From an uncultured Gammaproteobacteria bacterium (GTDB taxonomy: Bacteria; Patescibacteriota; Microgenomatia; Levybacterales; UBA12049), in the NCBI GenBank assembly GCA_964521295.1, contig CAZFRF010000001.1, positions 140,675-204,674 on the forward strand: a DNA stretch of 64,000 nucleotides, given 5' to 3'. A model generated the notes under the pieces. The model saw only the letters and a list, made by a program, of their open reading frames with translations. It was not told the DNA's origin and did no database searches. Position numbers and translations under genes: made by a program. The first letter of the stretch is position 1. Each line of letters begins with the position of its first letter. Of the stretch, positions 46,118 through 54,084 are shown piece after piece.

Positions 46118-47080
46118 TTAAGTTTTCACCACAACTGGACCAGAGAGTGAATCTCCTGCACCGTGAATCTTTAAATTATATCTCGCATTCCATGATCCAC
46201 CTAAACACTCCCACTCAGTTGTGTTTGTATTATATCCAAAGAAAACTCTATATATCATCCACTTAAATTCATCTGATATCCCACTTTCCATAGGTGGGAA
46301 AAAACTCTGGCAATATACTCCACCTGATTCTAAACCGTCTTTTACTGCTTGCTCAATTCTTCCTCTTGAGGATGCGCCCGGTGGCCTTTTACTACCTGGT
46401 CCAGGAACATAGATAAACACATCTCTGGTTTTACTGCCTTGCAACGGTTTAATTACACATGCAGAATCAAAATCTATTTCTTCTGGTGTTGTAACTTTTT
46501 TCCATAATCCTAAGCCTTCTCCATAGCTCTTGTCCCCTTTTTTCTTTAAAGAACTAACGCTACGAGGTTCTAGGAAATGGTAGCCTGTCTCATCTGGTTC
46601 CGCGCGAACAAGGACAAGGTCTTCGGTATTTCCTTCTTCTAACCTATCAATCCATAAATGATCATCTGTTGCTTTTCTTCTGGGATCATCTGAGACAACA
46701 GATTTAAATACGGGCCAGGTAGTTCGGATTAAATCTAGTCTTTTTTGAAAATCTGGATTAAGAGCCCCAGTTAAACCAATACCAGATGGTCTTTCTTCGA
46801 CTTCATATATTCCCAAGGTATCATCTTGAACAGCACAATCTAGTCTGATGATTAAAGATGGAATGTTAAACTCTCTTTGTACAAATGTTTCTTCTTTAGG
46901 AAATATTTGTGTCCATCTATTTATTGCAGCTAAACTATCAGTAATATTTCTATCCGTAAATGGTCTTTCTTGGGGTAATACTTTAATATTCCATCCTCCA
47001 ATCACCATATCCTGAAATCCTAAGTTACTAGGAGCATTAGGCGTAGTTAGTAATGGTGGTTCAAGTTCTTTCATAAACAT
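46118..47080 (-). CDS. ATP-grasp-like protein (320 aa), G+C-rich, translationally coupled to the downstream M20 peptidase
   Basis: ACVIKPLQGSKTRDVFIY resembles the ATP-grasp K-loop (vvKP..GS.G.gV). Its stop lies 1 nt before the M20 start. Assignment is tentative. Confidence 0.35.
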   Translation of the reverse strand: MFMKELEPPLLTTPNAPSNLGFQDMVIGGWNIKVLPQERPFTDRNITDSLAAINRWTQIFPKEETFVQREFNIPSLIIRLDCAVQDDTLGIYEVEERPSGIGLTGALNPDFQKRLDLIRTTWPVFKSVVSDDPRRKATDDHLWIDRLEEGNTEDLVLVRAEPDETGYHFLEPRSVSSLKKKGDKSYGEGLGLWKKVTTPEEIDFDSACVIKPLQGSKTRDVFIYVPGPGSKRPPGASSRGRIEQAVKDGLESGGVYCQSFFPPMESGISDEFKWMIYRVFFGYNTNTTEWECLGGSWNARYNLKIHGAGDSLSGPVVVKT

Positions 47081-47168
47081 AAAAAAACCTCCCCTTTAGG
47101 GAGGTTTATCTCTTTTTAGCTTAAAATATATTAAGCCACAGAAATACCTCCCTTCTTAAGGAAGTGGT
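47081..47168 (-). promoter_or_regulatory. leader/terminator element C, ending 7 nt before the ATP-grasp-like gene start
   Basis: Terminator hairpin cctccc-cttta-gggagg with U-tract, AT palindrome gcttaatatattttaagc, and small hairpin cttc-ttaag-gaag/GGGAGG. The SD equals the 3' arm of the terminator. Confidence 0.55.
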
Positions 47169-47217
47169 ATGTAAACCAATATTGACAATTTGTTAAAATC
47201 ATTTGTTTCATAAACAT
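47131..47217 (-). CDS. candidate leader peptide ORF (28 aa, MFMKQMILTNCQYWFTYHFLKKGGISVA)
   Basis: It starts with the same ATGTTTATGAAA as the ATP-grasp-like gene (a duplicated 5' segment) and is preceded by element D. Its C-terminal codons overlap the small hairpin of element C, and its stop is the first codon of the AT palindrome. Confidence 0.3.
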   Translation of the reverse strand: MFMKQMILTNCQYWFTYHFLKKGGISVA

Positions 47218-47285
47218 AAAAAAACCTCCCATTTGGGAGGTATCAATTTGCCATTTGGCAACACAATTACCTCCCGTTAAGGAAA
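47218..47285 (-). promoter_or_regulatory. leader/terminator element D, upstream of the 28-aa ORF
   Basis: Terminator cctccc-attt-gggagg with U-tract, palindrome ttgccaaatggcaa, and small element cctcccgttaaggaaag. Its spacer is similar to element A. Confidence 0.5.
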
Positions 47286-47330
47286 GTATAGTGCCAAAAT
47301 TTGCATAAATTTATTTTCATCTTAAAGTCC

Positions 47331-47359
47331 ATTCTAGCTATTTTTTATAGGATTGTCAA
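47331..47359 (-). promoter_or_regulatory. near-consensus promoter TTGACA-17-TAGAAT (minus strand) driving element D and the leader ORF
   Basis: RC of 47354-47359 is TTGACA and RC of 47331-47336 is TAGAAT. Confidence 0.4.
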
Positions 47360-47373
47360 ATATTCACAGAATA

Positions 47374-47402
47374 TTCAGATTTTAGCTAAAATATAGTATA
47401 AT
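47374..47402 (+). promoter_or_regulatory. candidate promoter (TTCAGA-17-TATAAT) for the tRNA-His-like gene
   Basis: TATAAT at 47397-47402, 8 nt before the tRNA-like 5' end; the -35 is weak. Confidence 0.3.
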
Positions 47403-47410
47403 TAACGCAC

Positions 47411-47485
47411 GGTGGATGTAGCTCAGCAGCAGAGCGTCTGGTTGTGGTCCAGAAGGTGGCGGGGGCGGCACCCGTCTTCCACCCA
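47411..47485 (+). tRNA. tRNA-His (GUG)-like gene with non-canonical D- and T-loops (possibly divergent tRNA or pseudogene)
   Basis: G-1 paired to C73, acceptor gtggatg/cttccac (one U-U mismatch), anticodon stem tctgg/ccaga with loop TTGTGGT. The D-loop AGCAGCA lacks G18G19, and the T-loop GGCGGCA replaces TTCRANT. Overall it is similar to bacterial tRNA-His. Confidence 0.4.
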
Positions 47486-47525
47486 TAGGTGTGTAATTAA
47501 TTACACATATTGTTATAATCCACTT

Positions 47526-47990
47526 ATGCCACATATTCACGAGAAGATTGATTTTACTGTTGAAGTATTCGTTGTATATAGAAATACAGTACTTTTAAGA
47601 AAACATGACAAATATAAAGTTTGGCTGAGTGTTGGAGGTCATATAGAGCTTGACGAAGACCCAAATCAAGCAGCTATCAGGGAAGTAAAAGAAGAAGTCG
47701 GTTTGGACGCCGTTCTAGATGATTCCTTGCAGACATTTAAGAAAAATGATGCGGATTATCAAGAGTTAATTCCACCTTATTTTGTTAATAGTCATAGAAT
47801 AAATGATACTCACGAGCATGTAACTTTTACCTATTTTGCGACAGCACAATCAAATAAAATTGAGCAATTAACAGAAGATGAACAAAGCACTGATTGCAAA
47901 TGGTTTACAAAAGAAGAGATAGAACATTTAGATGATATTCGAGAAAGTGTCAAGCATTATGCCCTTAAAGCATTAAGTGTGTTAGCTTAA
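47526..47990 (+). CDS. NUDIX hydrolase
   Basis: Nudix box GGHIELDEDPNQAAIREVKEEVGLD. The start is taken at MPHIHEK because the ORF-track extension covers the tRNA-like gene. TATAAT lies 7 nt upstream of the ATG. Confidence 0.65.
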   Translation: MPHIHEKIDFTVEVFVVYRNTVLLRKHDKYKVWLSVGGHIELDEDPNQAAIREVKEEVGLDAVLDDSLQTFKKNDADYQELIPPYFVNSHRINDTHEHVTFTYFATAQSNKIEQLTEDEQSTDCKWFTKEEIEHLDDIRESVKHYALKALSVLA

Positions 47991-48152
47991 TACTTGAAAA
48001 GAATATTTATAAAAATCTATTTCCTTCTGAGAAATTGTACTATAATAGGTTCGGATAAGATGCGGTAGGCCACCCATTAGAAATTCGCTTCGTTAAATAT
48101 ACCAAGCTATAATTAATCATTACTGCCTTCGAACCTTTGATATAATCTTGCT

Positions 48153-48683
48153 ATGACTGACGAACCAATCCATTTAGTTCCATATGATTTAAATTGGGCT
48201 GTAAAGTTTGAGAAAGAAAAGAAATTTCTTAAGCAAATAATTGGTGATTACATAGTGGGAGAAATAAATCATATCGGAAGCACTTCAGTTCCCGGATTAT
48301 TAGCAAAACCAATAATTGATATTATGGTTGGCGTCGAAAGTTTAGAAGCATCACGCCCCGCAATTGAAATATTAGAAAAAAACGGATATTGTTACTATCC
48401 TTATAAAAGAAAATACATGCATTGGTTTTGCAAGCCATCACCGGAACATCGAACTCATCATCTCCATTTGGTACCTATTAATCATCCTGAATATAAAGCT
48501 AAAATTGCATTTCGTGATTTTCTAAGAGAAAATCCAAAAGCAAGGCAAGAATATGTAGCTTTGAAAATTAAAAATGCTAAAGAGTTTAGAAATGACAGAG
48601 AAGCTTATACTGAATCAAAAACTGAATTTGTAAAATCATCTGTTAAGAAAAGATTAGGCAAAGGTTTTAAATTTGAAGAATAG
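48153..48683 (+). CDS. GrpB/UPF0157-family (nucleotidyltransferase-fold) protein
   Basis: HIGSTSVPGLLAKPIIDIMVGV is the conserved GrpB core. Confidence 0.55.
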   Translation: MTDEPIHLVPYDLNWAVKFEKEKKFLKQIIGDYIVGEINHIGSTSVPGLLAKPIIDIMVGVESLEASRPAIEILEKNGYCYYPYKRKYMHWFCKPSPEHRTHHLHLVPINHPEYKAKIAFRDFLRENPKARQEYVALKIKNAKEFRNDREAYTESKTEFVKSSVKKRLGKGFKFEE

Positions 48684-48728
48684 ACAATAATTCCTAAATT
48701 GTTCTAAATTTTTTCGGATTAGAGCTTT

Positions 48729-49529
48729 TTATGAGTTTTTTCTGAGAATAAGCGTAAATACAAAAATAGCAATAGCTATAAGTACTATCGTTCCCCCGGT
48801 TGAAAGATTCATGTAAAAAGAAAGAATTATACCTGATATAACTGAGGATAAAGAGATTACTTCAGCAAGTAAAATTGTCTTTTTGAAGCTCTTCCCAAAC
48901 TGCAAGGCTGTTACTACTGGGATAACTATGAGAGCTGCTATGAGCAAGACCCCCACTATTGGAATAGAAAGTGCAACTGTAAAAGCAGCTAGAATAATTA
49001 ATAAGATATTTATTGTTTTTGTTGGAATTCCACTGACTTGAGCAGATTCTTCATCCACAGTTACATATACAAGCTCCTTGTAAAGCGCTACAACGGCTGC
49101 TATAACAATCAATCCAAGAATTCCGATTATATATACATCGAGTTGCTTGACAGTAGTAATACTCCCAAAAAGATAGCTGAAAAGATCAGTTCCGAAACCA
49201 TGAGCAAGGCTGATTAGAACTATAGCAACTGCAAGGCTTCCTGATAAGAAGATTGATAAGGCGGATTCACCATAAATTCGTTTGCTTATCCTGAGCTTTT
49301 CTATTGCAATAGAAGATAAAACAGAAGCTATTATGGCTGTTATTAAAGGATTAACCTTGAAAAGCAATCCGATAGCAACACCTGCAAGAGAGACGTGAGA
49401 CAGGGTATCAGCGATTAGGGAATATCTGCGCAAAACGAGAAATATACCAATTAGTGGAGCAATAATAGCAATAATTATTCCAGCTTCAAAAGCGCGGATC
49501 ATAAAGCTATATTGGAGAATAGAAAGCAT
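48729..49529 (-). CDS. metal (Zn/Mn) ABC transporter permease
   Basis: ZnuB/MntB/TroC-like, about 8 TM helices, last gene of an SBP-ATPase-permease operon. Confidence 0.7.
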   Translation of the reverse strand: MLSILQYSFMIRAFEAGIIIAIIAPLIGIFLVLRRYSLIADTLSHVSLAGVAIGLLFKVNPLITAIIASVLSSIAIEKLRISKRIYGESALSIFLSGSLAVAIVLISLAHGFGTDLFSYLFGSITTVKQLDVYIIGILGLIVIAAVVALYKELVYVTVDEESAQVSGIPTKTINILLIILAAFTVALSIPIVGVLLIAALIVIPVVTALQFGKSFKKTILLAEVISLSSVISGIILSFYMNLSTGGTIVLIAIAIFVFTLILRKNS

Positions 49530-50278
49530 TAGTGATGCATCTCTCCTTTCCCTATAAGTTCATGAAAGTATTCCCCTTTTAAGAATTCCTCTGGTTCCCC
49601 ATAATATTCCAGTGTTCTATTGATATATCCAAGCTCAGTTGCTTCATGCGCAACAACATCAAGCTCGTGAGTTACGAGAACTAGGGTAAGATCTAGCTCT
49701 TTATTTAGTTTTCTCAGAAGTGCATAGAACTGTTTTTGCGTTTTTACATCAACGCCTACAGTTGGTTCATCCAGAAAAATAATTTCGGGTTCACAAGCAA
49801 GAGCTCTGGCAATAAAAACTCGTTGCTGTTGTCCTCCAGATAAATCCTTTATTTGTCTGTTTTTATATTCAGTCATATCAACCTGTTTTAAAGCCTGAAG
49901 AGTTTTTTCCCTATCTTCTTTATTTGGAAAACGAAACAGTCCCCGCTTACCATATCTTCCCATAGCAACCGTTTCTTCGACGGTTATTGGATAATTAACG
50001 TCAATATAGGTTCTCTGAGGAACATAGCCAATTTTTGACCAGTCTTTGAAGCTTTTAATATTAGTTCCAAATAATTTTATTTCCCCGTCTTTTGGCTGAA
50101 GTAGCCCGAGCATTAACTTAAGAAGCGTTGTCTTTCCTCCTCCATTTGGTCCGACAAATCCGACATAGTCACCTTTATGAATTTCTAAAGATACATCTTT
50201 TATAACCTCTTCTGATGTATAGGAGAAACAAACTCTATCGAGTTCGATTATTGGCGTAGAATGAGTTACTGGCTGCAT
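49529..50278 (-). CDS. metal ABC transporter ATP-binding protein
   Basis: Walker A GPNGGGKTT, signature LSGGQQQR, Walker B IFLDEP. Confidence 0.8.
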   Translation of the reverse strand: MQPVTHSTPIIELDRVCFSYTSEEVIKDVSLEIHKGDYVGFVGPNGGGKTTLLKLMLGLLQPKDGEIKLFGTNIKSFKDWSKIGYVPQRTYIDVNYPITVEETVAMGRYGKRGLFRFPNKEDREKTLQALKQVDMTEYKNRQIKDLSGGQQQRVFIARALACEPEIIFLDEPTVGVDVKTQKQFYALLRKLNKELDLTLVLVTHELDVVAHEATELGYINRTLEYYGEPEEFLKGEYFHELIGKGEMHH

Positions 50279-51201
50279 TGTAAAGCTATTTGCAAGTTTT
50301 TTAAATTATCTTCCATTACAGTGAAATAATTTTTTCCTTGCTTTAATTCATCATCTGATATTCCTTCGATTGGATCAAGTACCATTGTTTTGGCACCAAC
50401 CTCATATGCTATTGTTTCAGATAATTTTGGGCTCACAAGACTTTCAAAGAATATATATTTAACATTATTTTGTTTTGCAAATTTTGCTACTTCTGCTAGT
50501 TGTTGCGCTGATGGTTCTTCATCTGGAGAAATTCCAGAAATTGGAACTTGCCTTAATCCGTATTGTTCTGCAAGATATGCAAATGCAGCGTGAGAGGTAA
50601 TAATATCTTTAGTGAGACAGCTAGAAAGACCTTGTCTATATTTGCTATCTAGCTCATCAAGCTTTGCAAATAGCTTACTTTCATTAGCTTTGTAATATGT
50701 TGTATTAGCAGGATCAAGAGCGATATATCCTTGGGTTATTTTTTCAGCCTCTTTTTTAGCAAGTTGTGGGTTAAGCCAAATATGAGGGTCTTGCATTTTT
50801 TCCCCTTCCTCTTCTAGCTCTTTATTTAAAAGTCCTTCTCCTGCTATAACAATTTTGACTTTTGTTCCTTTGAGATTATCTTTTATTTTGTCACCCCAAG
50901 CTTCAACTCCTCCATTAAGAACAAGCATATTTCCATCTTCTATCTGAGCGATATCTTGAGTAGAAGGATCATAATCATGAGGTTCAGCGCCAGCTGGGGT
51001 AATATTTCTAGTCTGAGCTTTTTCCCCACCTATTTCAGACGAAAAAAAGTAAAGTGGATAGAATGAAGCACTTACTTTGATGCGGTTATTTTGCATATTA
51101 CTAATTGAGTTCTTAAATATGCCTGTATTCAATAAATAGCCAAGAATTGCTATAAGCAATATTCCGGCGATGAAATAAATCCATTTATTTTTCATATTCA
51201 T
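50266..51201 (-). CDS. metal-binding periplasmic substrate-binding protein (ZnuA/TroA cluster A-I)
   Basis: Lipoprotein/TM N-terminus, conserved His residues (EPHDYDP, DPHIWL), and an acidic loop (LEEEGEKMQ). Confidence 0.7.
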   Translation of the reverse strand: MNMKNKWIYFIAGILLIAILGYLLNTGIFKNSISNMQNNRIKVSASFYPLYFFSSEIGGEKAQTRNITPAGAEPHDYDPSTQDIAQIEDGNMLVLNGGVEAWGDKIKDNLKGTKVKIVIAGEGLLNKELEEEGEKMQDPHIWLNPQLAKKEAEKITQGYIALDPANTTYYKANESKLFAKLDELDSKYRQGLSSCLTKDIITSHAAFAYLAEQYGLRQVPISGISPDEEPSAQQLAEVAKFAKQNNVKYIFFESLVSPKLSETIAYEVGAKTMVLDPIEGISDDELKQGKNYFTVMEDNLKNLQIALQCSQ

Positions 51202-51292
51202 ATGAATTATATATCCTAAATAATCCCAGACATATATTTGTAATTGTCATTACACTAATTAGTCTTGATGCAAATTTTTAGGTGAGCTTAGT

Positions 51293-51313
51293 ATATGCAA
51301 ATTAGTTGCATAT
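51293..51313. promoter_or_regulatory. perfect 8-5-8 palindrome ATATGCAA-ATTAG-TTGCATAT (candidate metalloregulator operator) between the metal ABC operon and the divergent gene
   Basis: Inverted repeat seen directly. An extra half-site-like copy GATGCAAATT lies at 51268-51277. Confidence 0.4.
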
Positions 51314-51378
51314 GTCAATCAGTGTCTAGATAGAATTAAGACCGCATAATCTTATTTTTTTCTTGATATAATTACTAT

Positions 51379-51921
51379 GTGATTAAATTTCAATCAAAGC
51401 TTTATAAAATAAAAGATTGGACAATCTTAAGACTCCCCGAAGATGCATCCAGTAAGCTCCCTACTCGAGGTATGATTATGGTTACAGGAAGTTTAAATAA
51501 TATCCCATTTAAAACTTTACTTGAACCAGATGGAAAATATGGAAATGACTTAAGGCCTAGTCATTGGTTTAAGCCTGATGAAAAGTTACTTAGCGAGGCC
51601 AAAGTTGCCGCAGGAGACATAGTAGAAGTTTTACTAGAACCAACTAAAGATTGGATAGAGCCGGAAGTACCAAAGGATGTCCAAGCAGCGCTTTCTTCTT
51701 CTGCAAAAGCTCAAGATCTTTGGAATGATATTACTCCCCTTGCAAGATGGGATTGGATTCGTTGGATTAGAGCTGTCAAAACTCCTGAAACGCGTCAGAA
51801 GCACTTAATAGTTATGCTTGATAAACTAAATAAAGGAATGAGAAGACCTTGTTGTTTTAATCGCAATCTGTGTAGTGAGCCATATGTTTCCCATAATTGG
51901 GCATTGATTTCAACGAGTTAA
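51379..51921 (+). CDS. DUF1905/YdeI-OmpD-associated family protein
   Basis: N-terminal DUF1905-like beta domain and C-terminal W-rich YdeI-like region (WDWIRWIRAVKTPETRQKHL). Confidence 0.4.
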   Translation: MIKFQSKLYKIKDWTILRLPEDASSKLPTRGMIMVTGSLNNIPFKTLLEPDGKYGNDLRPSHWFKPDEKLLSEAKVAAGDIVEVLLEPTKDWIEPEVPKDVQAALSSSAKAQDLWNDITPLARWDWIRWIRAVKTPETRQKHLIVMLDKLNKGMRRPCCFNRNLCSEPYVSHNWALISTS

Positions 51922-51925
51922 TTAT

Positions 51926-53161
51926 ATGAATAATTTATTATCAATTAAGAGAATTTATTTATTGCTAATTTTAGGGAACACTCTAGCCGCTTCTTTTATT
52001 TGGGGAATTAATACCATTTTTTTATTAAATGCAGGGCTTAGTAATTTTCAAGCGTTTTTAGCAAATGCATTTTTTTCATTAGGACAAGTTTTATTTGAAA
52101 TTCCTACAGGTGTTGTTGCGGATATGTTTGGTAGAAGAATTTCCTATATGTTAGGTAGTGTTACTTTGGCAGTGTCAACGCTTTTGTATTTATGGATGTG
52201 GCAGATTCATGGTCCTTTTTGGGCTTGGGCTCTTTCCTCTATGTTGCTTGGTTTGGGATTTACGTTTTTCTCGGGAGCACTAGAAGCGTGGTTAGTAGAT
52301 GCCTTAAAAGCTACGAAGTATAAAGGCAGCTTAGAGGATGTATTTGCTGATGGTCAAGTTGTCGGAGGAGCAGCGATGTTAGTTGGATCTTTTGCAGGAG
52401 GTATTATTGCTCAATTTACAAATCTTGGAGTTCCTTATATTTTAAGAGCAGCAGTTTTAATTCTTAACTTTTTGACTGCATTTTGGTTAATGAAAGATTT
52501 AGGGTTTAAGGAGAAAAAAACTAGTCAATTGTCATATGAGATTAAGGGAATTTTTCTTAACTCAATAGAAAATGGATTTAAAAATCCACCTGTGCGTTGG
52601 ATGATGATCACTTCCCCATTAATTAGTGGAGTTAGTTTTTATGTATTCTATGCACTCCAACCTTTTTTACTAAAACTGTATGGAGATGAAAAAGCTTATG
52701 CAATTGCAGGTTTAGTTGCGATGCTTGCTGCTTTAGCACAAATTTGTGGTGGTATCTTTGCTCTAAAAATTAGAAGCTTTTTTGCAAAAAGAACAACCGC
52801 TATGTTTACTGGTATTTTAATTGCTTCAGTCTTGCTTATCCTGGTCTCTATCTCTGCTAATTTCTGGGTAGCTCTTATCTTAATTTTTCTTTGGGGTCTT
52901 ATTTTTGCAGCCATTTCACCAATTAGACAGGCATATATTAATGCAATAATTCCTTCTGAGCAAAGAGCAACAATTTTGTCATTTGATTCTTTAATGGGTT
53001 CTTTGGGTGGAGTTGTAATTCAACCAACTCTTGGAAAAGTTGCAGATATTTCAGGATATGCTGGCTCATATTTTGTTTCTGCTATTTTCCAAGCCTTGGC
53101 ACTTCCTTTTATCTTTTTATCAAAAAGGACAAATGCTAAAGCCGATAAGATAGAAAAATAG
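51926..53161 (+). CDS. MFS transporter
   Basis: 12 TM helices with MFS-type loop motifs (GVVADMFGRR). Confidence 0.7.
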   Translation: MNNLLSIKRIYLLLILGNTLAASFIWGINTIFLLNAGLSNFQAFLANAFFSLGQVLFEIPTGVVADMFGRRISYMLGSVTLAVSTLLYLWMWQIHGPFWAWALSSMLLGLGFTFFSGALEAWLVDALKATKYKGSLEDVFADGQVVGGAAMLVGSFAGGIIAQFTNLGVPYILRAAVLILNFLTAFWLMKDLGFKEKKTSQLSYEIKGIFLNSIENGFKNPPVRWMMITSPLISGVSFYVFYALQPFLLKLYGDEKAYAIAGLVAMLAALAQICGGIFALKIRSFFAKRTTAMFTGILIASVLLILVSISANFWVALILIFLWGLIFAAISPIRQAYINAIIPSEQRATILSFDSLMGSLGGVVIQPTLGKVADISGYAGSYFVSAIFQALALPFIFLSKRTNAKADKIEK

Positions 53162-53217
53162 TCTTGACAATTTAAGTAATAAATTGGAAAATACGACGAT
53201 AACTGCCTCTTGAATTT

Positions 53218-54078
53218 ATGGCTCGTACAGAAGTTAAATATTTATTCCCTTTAAAATTTTGGCAACAAACTCCAGATTATGATGTGCAATATAATGCCGC
53301 TCAACAACGCTTTATGGATTTAAACGAGCAATTAGATCAAAAAGACATGATGGGAGTTGACGTTGATTTACTTGGTTTTACTGTAAACGGAGTTCCTGAA
53401 GCTTTTAAAGGTAGTGATTCCCCATGGGATGAAGTTGGAAGTTATGGAAATCCAAAGGCTGCATTAGAAACAGCACAATTTTATGGAGCAAGAGGAAGCT
53501 ACTCAGCTGAAGATCTAGAAGACTTTATAAATGGAAAAGGTGTTGTTGTAGTAGAGGAAATGCAACGCTTAGGTTTTAAGAGACCATCTCCGGAATCTGG
53601 ACGTTGGGTTAAATTGAAAAAAGGAGAGAGATATGTTGATCCTGAAGTTGCTGCTCAAAGAGATAGATTATATGGTACAGATGTCCATGAAGTTACCGGA
53701 AAAGAAGCAGATAGATTAAGAGGACTTATAGCGGTTGACAATACGGCAACTAAGCCTGGTGATACCTATTCTGTTGAGGTTGGTAGGCAAGGTTTAATTT
53801 ATGTTTCCAAAGATTGGGAAATGTTTCCGCGTCAACCTGGTGTTTGGATTTCCCAATTTTACATGCATGGTCATATAAATAGAGAGCAAGATGGTTTTAA
53901 TTTAGCAGCTAGAAACATAGTTATTCCGGGCAGTCAATCTAAAGATTTAAGTTTCGTTCATGTAACAGCCCAAACACCTGATCAAAGACAACAAGATTTC
54001 GTATGGCCTGTGAGTACATATGGATCGGTTTTATCAGATTTAGCTGTTAATTTAAGAAGAAAAGTTACGGGTAGATAA
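53218..54078 (+). CDS. hypothetical protein (286 aa), G+C-rich
   Basis: No motif recognised. Confidence 0.35.
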   Translation: MARTEVKYLFPLKFWQQTPDYDVQYNAAQQRFMDLNEQLDQKDMMGVDVDLLGFTVNGVPEAFKGSDSPWDEVGSYGNPKAALETAQFYGARGSYSAEDLEDFINGKGVVVVEEMQRLGFKRPSPESGRWVKLKKGERYVDPEVAAQRDRLYGTDVHEVTGKEADRLRGLIAVDNTATKPGDTYSVEVGRQGLIYVSKDWEMFPRQPGVWISQFYMHGHINREQDGFNLAARNIVIPGSQSKDLSFVHVTAQTPDQRQQDFVWPVSTYGSVLSDLAVNLRRKVTGR

Positions 54079-54084
54079 ATTGCT

